The notes: generated by a model not told the origin, from the sequence alone. A stretch of DNA of 64,000 bases from a virus (IMGVR_UViG_3300020049_011574:452-64451); one strand, 5' to 3'; numbered from the stretch's first letter, positions 18,303 through 26,927 are shown. Numbers and translations are program-made.

Positions 18303-18731
18303 ATGAATATTAATAAACCCCAAAATCCAACAATAATTTATTTTGAAGACGTGACTTTCACGTATCTGATGAAAGATCCGTTTACGGGCTTTATTAAAAT
18401 TGGCAAAAGCAGAAGCCCTCGAGCTAGAGAAATAACTCTTCAGTCCCAAAATATTTCAACAACTTTAATGTATTATGCTTTTTCGGACATTTTTTTAGAA
18501 AAACAATTACATCAAGAATACAAAGAATTTAGAATCAGAGGTGAATGGTTCGACCTTAATGAAACTCAAGTTTCTGAACTCGTAAGGAAAATTTGGAGTT
18601 CCCATCCCCTCAACAATAAAGATATACCTCATCGAGTCGTTTACGGTATGGGTGTTGCTACGCCTGAACTATTCGAAGAATTTTATAAAGATAGATTTTT
18701 TACACCGATTGAAGAGGATATATGGGCTTAA
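18303..18731 (+). CDS. T5orf172/GIY-YIG-like domain protein
   Basis: TYLMKDPFTGFIKIGKS...RE..LQ...LEKQLHQEYKEFRIRGEWFDL. I prefer ATG 18303 over the track's TTG 18189. Confidence 0.85.
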   Translation: MNINKPQNPTIIYFEDVTFTYLMKDPFTGFIKIGKSRSPRAREITLQSQNISTTLMYYAFSDIFLEKQLHQEYKEFRIRGEWFDLNETQVSELVRKIWSSHPLNNKDIPHRVVYGMGVATPELFEEFYKDRFFTPIEEDIWA

Positions 18732-19597
18732 TAAAATATGTAGATAAAGAAGATGAATCTTGTTTTGCCCGCCTTCCCAATGATCTACTAAGGGACAAAA
18801 CCCTCTCTTGGACAGCAATAGGTCTATTGGCTCATATTCATTCTCATAAAGCAGGGTTTAATATCACCATTGAATCTTTAGCTCGCGCTAGTAAGTCTGG
18901 AGTAACAGCTACTCGTAGCGCCGTTAATGAACTGAGGAAAGCTGGATATTTACATTTCGCTGGCCGAGAGTTAGAAGCTGGAAAATACACCTCATCTATA
19001 TGGAATGTCTATTTAACACCAATTGAGCCAGATTGTTCTTATGTTGAAAATCCTACTAAGGAAATTCCTAGCGAGGAAAGAACTCACGTCAATAAAGAAG
19101 ACTATCCTAAGAAGACTAATAAAAGTATTAATGCAAAACAAAAGAAAGTCAAAGAAAGAAATCCTCTACTAGACGTTTTCGCCAATGAATGGTACCCCGA
19201 TGGAATTGTCCCTCCCCGTTTCTGGAGTAAAGCTGCAACTGCCCTATCTGAGATAAAGGAAGTTGAGCCGGATGTAACCCCAGAACGCCTTAGAGAGGAA
19301 ATTAAAGCTATTAGACCTCAATTTACAACCTCTGGCCCGCTAGCAATCTCAGGCCATTGGAGGGAGTACACGCAAAAAAAACTAAAGGCCAAAGAAGATC
19401 CATTAGAAATACGATATAAAGCTCTCTTCTCAGCCTTAATAGCATTCAAACAATCCGGCGGCGAAGGGCTCACAGTCCGCCAAAAAGAAATATGCGCCAA
19501 AATTACAGATTATTGCACGATGCGAGATTTGCAACTAGATAAAATCATGGTAGATAAAGAACAGCTTCTAGGCGTCTACAATGAAATTATCTCATAA
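18722..19597 (+). CDS. Replication initiator with N-terminal HTH
   Basis: FARLPNDLLRDKTLSWTAIGLL...AVNELRKAGYL pattern; directly upstream of dnaB. Confidence 0.8.
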   Translation: MGLIKYVDKEDESCFARLPNDLLRDKTLSWTAIGLLAHIHSHKAGFNITIESLARASKSGVTATRSAVNELRKAGYLHFAGRELEAGKYTSSIWNVYLTPIEPDCSYVENPTKEIPSEERTHVNKEDYPKKTNKSINAKQKKVKERNPLLDVFANEWYPDGIVPPRFWSKAATALSEIKEVEPDVTPERLREEIKAIRPQFTTSGPLAISGHWREYTQKKLKAKEDPLEIRYKALFSALIAFKQSGGEGLTVRQKEICAKITDYCTMRDLQLDKIMVDKEQLLGVYNEIIS

Positions 19598-20913
19598 TGG
19601 AACTACCCTACGACTTTAACGCAGAACAACAAACACTAGGTTGTATTATCTTGTCTACAAAGGCAGCAACAAAACTATTCTCCTCAGGAATACTCCAAGC
19701 AAAAGACTTCTACCTAGAAATGCACCAAGACATTTTCACTACTCTCAGCGAAATGTACCAAGCAAACCAGGCCATTGACGAAAAAACCCTAGAACACCAA
19801 TTGGCAATAGAAGGCATATTGCCCCACATCCAAGAAGAAAATTACATACGGGTATTACAAGCATCGCCAATATCCAGCACCTCAATACTTAGCTATGCAA
19901 AAATAGTCAAAGAATATTCACAACGCCGCAGAATAATAACCTTCGCAGACAACATATCAACCAAAGCGACAGCCGAAGAAGGAAACCTAGACCAACTCTT
20001 AGATGAACTATCCAACGAAACATTCGAAATATTAGCAACCAAAAAATCTAAAACCTTCTATTCAAAACAAGAAGCATTCGACCAAACATTCGAAGAAATC
20101 CTGGAAAACAAAAAAGAAGGCAAAGGAAATGGTTTAAGTTCTGGCATCGAAAGCCTCAACTTCTACATTAACGGCCTACAAAAAAACCGTATGTACGTTG
20201 TAGCAGCAAGGCCAGGAGTCGGAAAATCAATCCTAGGCGTAGAATTTATCCTTAGAGCAGCAGCACAAAGCCAATATCCAGCATTATTTTTCAGCCTAGA
20301 AATGGCAAGAGACCAAGTCGTAGGACGAATGCTAGCCAGATCCACAGGAATAGCAGTAGATAAAATACTCTCTGGAGATGTCAACGAAGAACAACTAACC
20401 AAATTGAAAGAAGCCGCAAAAACAATCGACGAGAATATCTACATTGAAGACAACAGTAATCTAACTACAGGAGACATCTACTCAATAGCCAGAAACACAT
20501 GCCTGGAACATGGTCAAATATCACTTATAGTCGTGGACTATATCCAATATATAAAATCAACAGGAATAGAATCAAGACAACAACAAATAAGTAATTTCTC
20601 CCGCGACCTCTCACATATGGCCAAACAGCTAGAAGTGCCAGTAGTAGTACTTTCTCAGCTCAATAGAAGCATAGATGGGCGGCTCGATAAACGACCACAA
20701 CTTTCAGACCTTAGAGACTCTGGAGCAATAGAACAAGATGCGCACAGCGTATTGATGATGTATTATCCTGACGAGGAAATTAAAGAAGAAGTAACACTTA
20801 TCGTGGCAAAAAATCGTTCAGGCGCTTGTGGCGAAGTTAACCTGCGACGCAATGGTAGCTTGTTTTCTTTCAAAGAAGCTGGCGTTTTATCTAAGCCTTC
20901 AGATGTTTTTTAA
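19597..20913 (+). CDS. dnaB: DnaB-like replicative helicase
   Basis: AEQQTLG, AARPGVGKS, FSLEM, VVDYIQ, LSQLNR and LRDSGAIEQDA motifs. Confidence 0.97.
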   Translation: MELPYDFNAEQQTLGCIILSTKAATKLFSSGILQAKDFYLEMHQDIFTTLSEMYQANQAIDEKTLEHQLAIEGILPHIQEENYIRVLQASPISSTSILSYAKIVKEYSQRRRIITFADNISTKATAEEGNLDQLLDELSNETFEILATKKSKTFYSKQEAFDQTFEEILENKKEGKGNGLSSGIESLNFYINGLQKNRMYVVAARPGVGKSILGVEFILRAAAQSQYPALFFSLEMARDQVVGRMLARSTGIAVDKILSGDVNEEQLTKLKEAAKTIDENIYIEDNSNLTTGDIYSIARNTCLEHGQISLIVVDYIQYIKSTGIESRQQQISNFSRDLSHMAKQLEVPVVVLSQLNRSIDGRLDKRPQLSDLRDSGAIEQDAHSVLMMYYPDEEIKEEVTLIVAKNRSGACGEVNLRRNGSLFSFKEAGVLSKPSDVF

Positions 20914-21218
20914 CACTCTCTGTGAAAAATACATGTTTGTAGTTGCGCTAGTGTAATTACATGTGATAGTGTAACACTAAGACTTAAGAACAAATTTTGG
21001 GAATAAAAATGGAATATGAGCACTACATAAGATTCGAAGATGGTTATACATCGAAGCATGTGAACAACATATAGAAAATAAAAGCCATCACTACAATAAC
21101 CCAAGACCATACGCAATGTCATTCCATGCTAACTGGGAGATGCAAGAAGTAATCAGATACATACTCAAAACAAACAGTAAAAAAATACCAAACCATTATA
21201 AATAAGAAAGGTAAATAA

Positions 21219-21515
21219 ATGAGAGCAATAATATACGGCCCAGAAGACAACGGAGAAGGCCCATACTTCCTAATAACAGAAGAAGGAAAACTCCTATGCT
21301 CACACTTCTGTAGTAGCTCGCATTACGCAGAAGGCGATTTATATAAAAACCGTCCAGAAAGACAACCAATGTTAGAAGCAGAAGGCATCACAGAATACGT
21401 ATGGATTCAAGACTCAGGTATAGACCGAGAAGAATTTGCTGCAAGACAAAACGCTTATGCAGCAGAACAAGTAGCTGAAGCAGAAGTAGCTCAAGGAGTT
21501 GAAGATGCCAAGTAA
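21219..21515 (+). CDS. Hypothetical protein
   Basis: 98 aa after GAAAGG RBS. Confidence 0.7.
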   Translation: MRAIIYGPEDNGEGPYFLITEEGKLLCSHFCSSSHYAEGDLYKNRPERQPMLEAEGITEYVWIQDSGIDREEFAARQNAYAAEQVAEAEVAQGVEDAK

Positions 21516-22245
21516 ATGGGATTACAAAGCAGAAGCAAAACGTCTACAAAAACAAGTAGACGAATTACAAAGCAGGCTTAGATATAACGAAGAATACCGC
21601 GCTCAACACTCTGAAGGAAACCTTGAAAACGTATTAGCTAAAAATCAAGACAGAAATATTGCAGAACAAATCCCTAACATACAACTAGACGGCGAAGAAC
21701 CATATGTTTTAGTAGAAAAAGATACTTGGGAATATAACGCCGCTTTTGGACGGGTACTTCTTATGATAAGAAAAAAGGATGGACAATGGCGAGAATCCAG
21801 AAGGTTCGGAGGTTTTGAAAGACATTTTTATGACATTGAATTCGAATACAGTATTCGAATTGCCTACTCAGATGCTAGAGAGGACTATAAAGAAATATTT
21901 ATAAATCGTCCACATGATTTCTTAGAACGAGCTGGAGCAATTCTTGAAGATAAGAAATTAACTAAAGTAACTCCAGAGCAAGATTTACAAAATCTTAAAC
22001 AAGATTACGAGATTTTCACTAGTGTAATTTCAAAATCACTAGATTCAACAAATTTGACAGTAGATCAAATTATTGATTCTTTAGACGTAAAATCAAAAAC
22101 TAAATTCAAAGCTATCCAAAAACGTCTAGAGGATAAAGAAAAAGCTGCAAAGAAAAAAGAGGACGAAGAACGTCAGAAAAAGGAAGAAGGCCACTGGGCT
22201 GAAATCCAACAACAACAAATGATGAAGAAAATAGAGGTTTTCTAA
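21505..22245 (+). CDS. Hypothetical protein
   Basis: Track ORF 21499..22245; ATG at 21505. Confidence 0.7.
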   Translation: MPSKWDYKAEAKRLQKQVDELQSRLRYNEEYRAQHSEGNLENVLAKNQDRNIAEQIPNIQLDGEEPYVLVEKDTWEYNAAFGRVLLMIRKKDGQWRESRRFGGFERHFYDIEFEYSIRIAYSDAREDYKEIFINRPHDFLERAGAILEDKKLTKVTPEQDLQNLKQDYEIFTSVISKSLDSTNLTVDQIIDSLDVKSKTKFKAIQKRLEDKEKAAKKKEDEERQKKEEGHWAEIQQQQMMKKIEVF

Positions 22246-22593
22246 ATGACTAATCCAAATCAAATACCAGTCCCAATACTCGGAGAAGAAAAAAAAGCTC
22301 CACCACAAATAACACCAGACGAGCTCCTGGTTTTCGCACCTAACCGTGTAAGAATGTTAAAAGTACCTCGCTCTCAATTGCAAGGCATGGGGCAGATCAT
22401 CGAGCATATCGAGAATCTAGACCAACGTCAAATCTGGTTAGATATATTCATTGCGCTTATCTCTCGCACAGAACGAGCACTGTCCCCTGAGCAAGCAAGA
22501 GAACAAGCCGATCTATATTTCGAACAATATATAGTTAAATGTAGACCTGACTTTGTTAAAGCTGAAGAAGAAACTGATGTCTCAGGTATATAG
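22246..22593 (+). CDS. Hypothetical protein
   Basis: 115-aa ORF. Confidence 0.65.
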   Translation: MTNPNQIPVPILGEEKKAPPQITPDELLVFAPNRVRMLKVPRSQLQGMGQIIEHIENLDQRQIWLDIFIALISRTERALSPEQAREQADLYFEQYIVKCRPDFVKAEEETDVSGI

Positions 22594-22885
22594 TTCATCA
22601 CAAGCATGTAAGATCACTGGTGTAACTTATCGTCAGCTTGATCACTGGATTAGAATTGAAGTCATTACTCCTTTCATAAACCCAAAAGGCTCAGGTAAAG
22701 AAAGGCGATTTAGTTTCAAAGATCTCATAGATTTAAGAACAGCTAAATGTCTATTCGACATTGGAATTAACAGTGGAATCATTAAAAATCTTGATTCGGA
22801 TTTACTTCACTTTACTTCTATTCATATCAAAATTGATACAGAAGAAATTACAGACTATGTACTTAGAAAGATAGAGGAACTTTAA
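22577..22885 (+). CDS. MerR-family HTH regulator (Rv1830/McdR-like)
   Basis: ACKITGVTYRQLDHWIR...GSGKERRFSFKDL closely follows the actinobacterial GITYRQLDYW...GSG.QRLYSFRD pattern. Confidence 0.85.
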   Translation: MSQVYSSSQACKITGVTYRQLDHWIRIEVITPFINPKGSGKERRFSFKDLIDLRTAKCLFDIGINSGIIKNLDSDLLHFTSIHIKIDTEEITDYVLRKIEEL

Positions 22886-23283
22886 TGTGTGAACCAATAG
22901 CAAATAGAGTGGACGCATACCCCAAAGCACCAGATTATCACTACGACTGGGATATTTTACTTTCTGAATATAAATTCTCAAGAGAAACAGGCTTTGGTAA
23001 AAATGGTCATGGGGAAGCTTGGGAAAAAATGACAGTGAGTTTACATAAAGGTAGCTCTAGGATTGCTATGTCGGAACACGATTCAAGTTACATTAATGTA
23101 AGAGGTAAGCTTAAATTTCTAAATGATGCGAACTCCAACACGAAAGCTTCATTGTTGCTATACATACTTAGCAAGGAAGAACACCCACCCATAATTACAG
23201 CCGAAGATCAACTTCAGATTCTAGGAGTAATGAAAGAAATTGTTTATGCTCAAGAGGAGCTAATAGAAAAGGAAGAAAAATAA
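22885..23283 (+). CDS. Hypothetical protein
   Basis: 132 aa; TAATG overlap. Confidence 0.65.
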   Translation: MCEPIANRVDAYPKAPDYHYDWDILLSEYKFSRETGFGKNGHGEAWEKMTVSLHKGSSRIAMSEHDSSYINVRGKLKFLNDANSNTKASLLLYILSKEEHPPIITAEDQLQILGVMKEIVYAQEELIEKEEK

Positions 23284-23507
23284 TGGAAAACAAACGTAAA
23301 AAAATAATTATACTTAGCTCAATAGCTGCAATTACATTAATCATATTAATGAGTTTTAGTTACTATCTTGGCAGCCAATCAAAAAATGAGCGTCTTGAAT
23401 CATGCCATAAAGCACTAAACGCCCTAAACGACATAACAAACGACATAGATGTGTCAGTATCTGAAGCAGCAGATAACGTAACAAAGTGTGACCCAACTTT
23501 CAAATAA
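23283..23507 (+). CDS. Small membrane-anchored protein
   Basis: N-terminal TM helix; two Cys. Confidence 0.65.
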   Translation: MENKRKKIIILSSIAAITLIILMSFSYYLGSQSKNERLESCHKALNALNDITNDIDVSVSEAADNVTKCDPTFK

Positions 23508-23755
23508 TGAAATACGACGCACTCATCCAATCAGGCAAAGTAACAGCACGACTAGAAGAAGACTACTCACTACTAATCAACCCTCACACAGGCAAACATG
23601 ACATCATGGGCTTCACACTAAAAGTAATGATGAACGGAAAATATGTTATGCAACCCATAGGAAGAGAACAAGAAGCGAACGGATTCAACGCAGAAAAACT
23701 CGTCGAAGAACTAATCGAAAGATTATTGGCGGGAGAAGGACAACCAATACTATGA
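23507..23755 (+). CDS. Hypothetical protein
   Basis: 82 aa, coupled. Confidence 0.65.
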   Translation: MKYDALIQSGKVTARLEEDYSLLINPHTGKHDIMGFTLKVMMNGKYVMQPIGREQEANGFNAEKLVEELIERLLAGEGQPIL

Positions 23756-24282
23756 ATCTAATCGACGAAAAAACAACTGCCATCCTATCAATTAAACCTA
23801 GGCTAGGTGGAGAATTTAACAAACTTGATAAAGCAATAGAGGGCGCAATAATTTTTAAAGAACTACTTGGAAAATTCGATACTCAATTAACTCCCATTCT
23901 AAATTTCAATGAAACTTTAATACCTATTACTGACCCTAGCCATATGCGTCATACCTATTGGCCAGGGCTACTCGAAGTTCCAGAAGAAGAACCGCACACA
24001 GAAATAGATGGCCAGTTAGAATTAACGACTACTCCAGAACAAGCAACGCCACCTAGGATTATTGACCGCGAATACGGCAATATGACTATCACAGGAGCTT
24101 TAGTAACAAGCCCACAGTTCAAAGCATGGGTAGATTACAACCGACAAGTAGAAATGTTATTCGATATAGACGAAACATTAGGAACAGGATGGATGTCCCC
24201 AGAACATTTCCAAGCGTTTTTAAGGTTTGCTGGAGATAAAAGAAAGTGCAATAAGAAGACATGCAAAAATCACGAATTATAG
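23752..24282 (+). CDS. Hypothetical protein
   Basis: 176 aa; ATGA overlap. Confidence 0.7.
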   Translation: MNLIDEKTTAILSIKPRLGGEFNKLDKAIEGAIIFKELLGKFDTQLTPILNFNETLIPITDPSHMRHTYWPGLLEVPEEEPHTEIDGQLELTTTPEQATPPRIIDREYGNMTITGALVTSPQFKAWVDYNRQVEMLFDIDETLGTGWMSPEHFQAFLRFAGDKRKCNKKTCKNHEL

Positions 24283-24440
24283 GAATAGATCCAGCTAGTA
24301 GAGATGGAGACGAATGTGCTGTATGTGTAGCAGAAAGAGATGATGAAGGCAACACTAATATCATTTTCACACAACGGCACTTGCCAACTTATACAGTAAA
24401 AATAACAGAACAAAAGAAGGAAACGAAATGCCAAGAATAG
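24261..24440 (+). CDS. Small protein (59 aa) with an RNase H-fold-like first strand
   Basis: MQKSRIIGIDPASRDGDECAVCVAE; fills the gap between two genes. Confidence 0.5.
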   Translation: MQKSRIIGIDPASRDGDECAVCVAERDDEGNTNIIFTQRHLPTYTVKITEQKKETKCQE

Positions 24441-24838
24441 CCGAACGCAAAATACATGCTTACTATTATGAATCTATCCTAGATGGTTCTAAGACCTACG
24501 AGCTGCGCCCACACGACAAGGAACTAGCTGAATGTGATATTCTCCGCCTGGTAGAAGTTGACCCGTTAGGAGCGCCTACAGGGCGTGGAGGAGACTATAA
24601 AGTTACAGCTAAAATGTCTATAGGCACACTTAAACCAGATTATGATGATTTTCAACCAGAAAATTTTATGGCAATGAGCATCACCCCTGTTAAGCAATTA
24701 ACAAAAGCAGAAACATTAGCAGCATTAGCTAAAGCTGAAGAAAAATTTAAAGGTGACGATTTTTTAATAGAAGCCCTTGGAATACTCGCTCAATATATAG
24801 GTGACGATCAAATCAAAATAGCATTGGAGCGTTATTAA
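24428..24838 (+). CDS. ASCH/DUF3850 domain protein
   Basis: KIHAYYYESILDGSKTYELR..D....GDILRLVE pattern. Confidence 0.8.
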   Translation: MPRIAERKIHAYYYESILDGSKTYELRPHDKELAECDILRLVEVDPLGAPTGRGGDYKVTAKMSIGTLKPDYDDFQPENFMAMSITPVKQLTKAETLAALAKAEEKFKGDDFLIEALGILAQYIGDDQIKIALERY

Positions 24839-25038
24839 TGGGAAGTGAATTTATTAAACGACAAGCTGAAAGCATGAAACAAATAGTAGATCATGCAGCA
24901 AACCATGGTTCTTTTGAAGCAGAAATTGACGGAGATATTTACTTAATCACTCCCGTATCTATGTCTATAGATATAGATAGTTTATTGCATGGTGAAGTTC
25001 ATTATCGGAAAAAAAGCGAAAGTGGAATACATGGGTAG
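24838..25038 (+). CDS. Hypothetical protein
   Basis: 66 aa, coupled. Confidence 0.55.
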   Translation: MGSEFIKRQAESMKQIVDHAANHGSFEAEIDGDIYLITPVSMSIDIDSLLHGEVHYRKKSESGIHG

Positions 25039-25327
25039 CCGTATCAAAGCAATGCGAAGAGCGAATATGGATCTTAAAAACAAAGAACCTAAAGAAACAT
25101 TCGAAGGTAAAAAGAAACTTGCCCTAATGATTGCAGAGATGGGGATAGGTGCACACATATTTACCTTCAATGGCCAAGGATATGTAGCCTATAAAGGTGG
25201 TAAACACGCTAAAATATTTCCAGGAGAAGTAGCTGAGATCTATGAAGACGGTGAAGAAAAAATCGTCAAATGGGAACTCAGTCTTGACGAAGGAATCGTA
25301 GAAGTAAACCGACCTTTGGAGGAATAA
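24989..25327 (+). CDS. Hypothetical protein
   Basis: 112 aa. Confidence 0.6.
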   Translation: MVKFIIGKKAKVEYMGSRIKAMRRANMDLKNKEPKETFEGKKKLALMIAEMGIGAHIFTFNGQGYVAYKGGKHAKIFPGEVAEIYEDGEEKIVKWELSLDEGIVEVNRPLEE

Positions 25328-25651
25328 TGGCCGTAGCATACGACTACTGGTGTAGCAAACACGGAGAATTTGAATGGCACAAACCATCAATACACGACGA
25401 AACACCCAAAGACGTACCATGTCCACTATGTGGAGAATCGGCTAAACAATTATTTGGGATGCCAGCAATAGAAAGTAGAAGTAAACCGACCTTTGGAGGA
25501 ATAATGGCCGTAGCATACGACTACTGGTGTAGCAAACACAGAGAATTTGAATGGCACAAACCATCAATACACGACGAAACACCCAAAGACGTACCATGTC
25601 CACTATGTGGAGAATCGGCTAAACAATTATTTGGGATGCCAGCAATAGAAA
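25298..25651 (+). repeat. Tandem duplication of 177 bp (25298-25474 and 25475-25651)
   Basis: Copies are identical except one G/A that I could see; each unit includes the GGAGG RBS and ATG. Confidence 0.95.
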
Positions 25652-25683
25652 AAGGCTGGATGCCAGCAAAGAACAATAGGTAA
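25327..25683 (+). CDS. FmdB-like zinc-ribbon protein, duplicated in frame
   Basis: YDYWCSKH.EFE...CPLCG...KQLFG occurs twice. Confidence 0.8.
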   Translation: MAVAYDYWCSKHGEFEWHKPSIHDETPKDVPCPLCGESAKQLFGMPAIESRSKPTFGGIMAVAYDYWCSKHREFEWHKPSIHDETPKDVPCPLCGESAKQLFGMPAIEKGWMPAKNNR

Positions 25684-25691
25684 ATAGAAGT

Positions 25692-25736
25692 TGGTCGCGG
25701 GAGTGGGAATCGAACCCACTACCTTCGGGATATGAG
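25692..25736 (-). tRNA. 3' half of an initiator-type tRNA-Met(CAT)
   Basis: CTCATATCCCGAAGGTAGTGGGTTCGATTCCCACTCCCGCGACCA: anticodon loop, perfect T-arm, CCA end. Confidence 0.85.
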
Positions 25737-26129
25737 CTGGGAAGAATAAGTACAATTTCTACTACAAAACAATTTACCTGTCTTGTTTCTTTTTAATCTA
25801 AGCCTATACGTATGAGGTTTTAAGGAGAAATTTTCTTTACACCAGTCGCATTCAATTTCAATCAGAGGAACAGATTTTACGTGTAACCGAGAATGGTGAG
25901 AACGACTTAAAACTTCTAGATTCTCTATTCTGTTATCAGACTTATTTTCGTTCCGGTGATGTACTATCTCATTGGGTTGTAGGAATCTTTTGAGTTTATT
26001 TTCTATTAAGACTCGATGTAGAGGGTATAGCCCATTGCTATTAGCTTTTGGATGAGGTGGATTTGTCCGAGCATACATATACCCACCACCTTTACAGGTG
26101 TGAATTATTTCTAAAGGCTTAAACTCCAT
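25719..26129 (-). CDS. HNH homing endonuclease lying between the tRNA halves
   Basis: LHRVLIE...EIVHHRNENKSDNRIENLEVL..SHHSRLH; its stop codon lies inside the tRNA 3' half. Confidence 0.92.
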   Translation of the reverse strand: MEFKPLEIIHTCKGGGYMYARTNPPHPKANSNGLYPLHRVLIENKLKRFLQPNEIVHHRNENKSDNRIENLEVLSRSHHSRLHVKSVPLIEIECDWCKENFSLKPHTYRLRLKRNKTGKLFCSRNCTYSSQLISRR

Positions 26130-26165
26130 TCTTTTATTTTAGCAAAAGAGTTACCGAAATGCAAT

Positions 26166-26195
26166 CTGACGAGCCACCAATGCTTCCATCCCGCA
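26166..26195 (-). tRNA. 5' half of the same tRNA-Met-like gene
   Basis: TGCGGGATGGAAGCATTGGTGGCTCGTCAG; TGCGGGA pairs with the TCCCGCG acceptor strand of the 3' half. Confidence 0.65.
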
Positions 26196-26212
26196 AAAAT
26201 ACTATAACACAT

Positions 26213-26286
26213 GCTGACTTGGCGAAGTGGCTTAACGCGCGTGATTGCAAACCACGTATTCATCGGTTCGACTCCGATAGTCAGCT
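26213..26286 (+). tRNA. tRNA-Cys(GCA)
   Basis: Acceptor GCTGACT/AGTCAGC, U73, D-stem GCG/CGC, T-arm ATCGG-TTCGACT-CCGAT. One A31-C39 mismatch; CCA not encoded. Confidence 0.88.
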
Positions 26287-26610
26287 CTCAACATGTTCAA
26301 TTAGTTTCAACTCCATACCAAAAAAATCTGACTTAATTGGAGCAAAAAACTTTAAAGTCTTCACGTACTTAGGTTTATCGTCAATCAAAACGCCAGCATC
26401 TACAAGGCCATCCATAGCAGCTTTAGCCCAATTGCCCAAAGAACCAACATCAGGCTGAACACCATTAATTATATAATGATAAACTTCTATATCAACGCAA
26501 TCAAACTTACTAGGATCTTCCATAGCCAACCAATAGAAAGCTGTACGGACACTCTTTTTGATCTCAGATTGCCTGAACCTATTCTTAGCTCCATAAACAT
26601 TCATCAGCAC
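26281..26610 (-). CDS. rusA: RusA-like Holliday junction resolvase
   Basis: PDVGSLGNWAKAAMDGLVDAGVLIDDKPKYV matches the RusA D-x-x-N-x-x-K...DGL..AG...DD pattern. Confidence 0.8.
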   Translation of the reverse strand: MLMNVYGAKNRFRQSEIKKSVRTAFYWLAMEDPSKFDCVDIEVYHYIINGVQPDVGSLGNWAKAAMDGLVDAGVLIDDKPKYVKTLKFFAPIKSDFFGMELKLIEHVES

Positions 26611-26642
26611 AGGGCGTTGTTTGTAAGTATAACTTTTAGTTT

Positions 26643-26927
26643 TTAAGATAACCGACCAGCTTCCACATCACGATTACACCACATACAATAAATAGCGATC
26701 AAATTAATAATAGCAAAATCATCATCCATACGATCCTCAGACAAATACTCCATCATCAGAAGAGGCTGATCACAACACTTCCCTACTTGTTTAAAGAACT
26801 CTTCGTAGTTCTCTTCGGGAAATTCTTTATGTAAAATAGGCGACTCAGGTTCTTCATAGTAAGCGAAAGGTTTATAATACCGATCTGTGTTCTTACGATT
26901 TTGCGGGTGCTTTTTATCCCAGCCCAT
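26643..26927 (-). CDS. Hypothetical protein with four Cys
   Basis: 94 aa; CCD...CMWC. Confidence 0.6.
   Translation of the reverse strand: MGWDKKHPQNRKNTDRYYKPFAYYEEPESPILHKEFPEENYEEFFKQVGKCCDQPLLMMEYLSEDRMDDDFAIINLIAIYCMWCNRDVEAGRLS

Noticed and set aside
20914-21218. Possible gene or ncRNA after dnaB
   Set aside because: An open frame of about 60 codons lacks a start codon, the minus-strand track ORF has no support, and I see no convincing structure.
25692-25736. tRNA 3' half as proof of an attP site and temperate lifestyle
   Set aside because: There is no integrase in the window, and a matching 5' half is present, which better fits a disrupted tRNA.
25737-26165. Group I intron in the tRNA-Met
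   Set aside because: The insert is almost entirely the HNH ORF, I see no core P7-type motifs, and the junction is not after U33.
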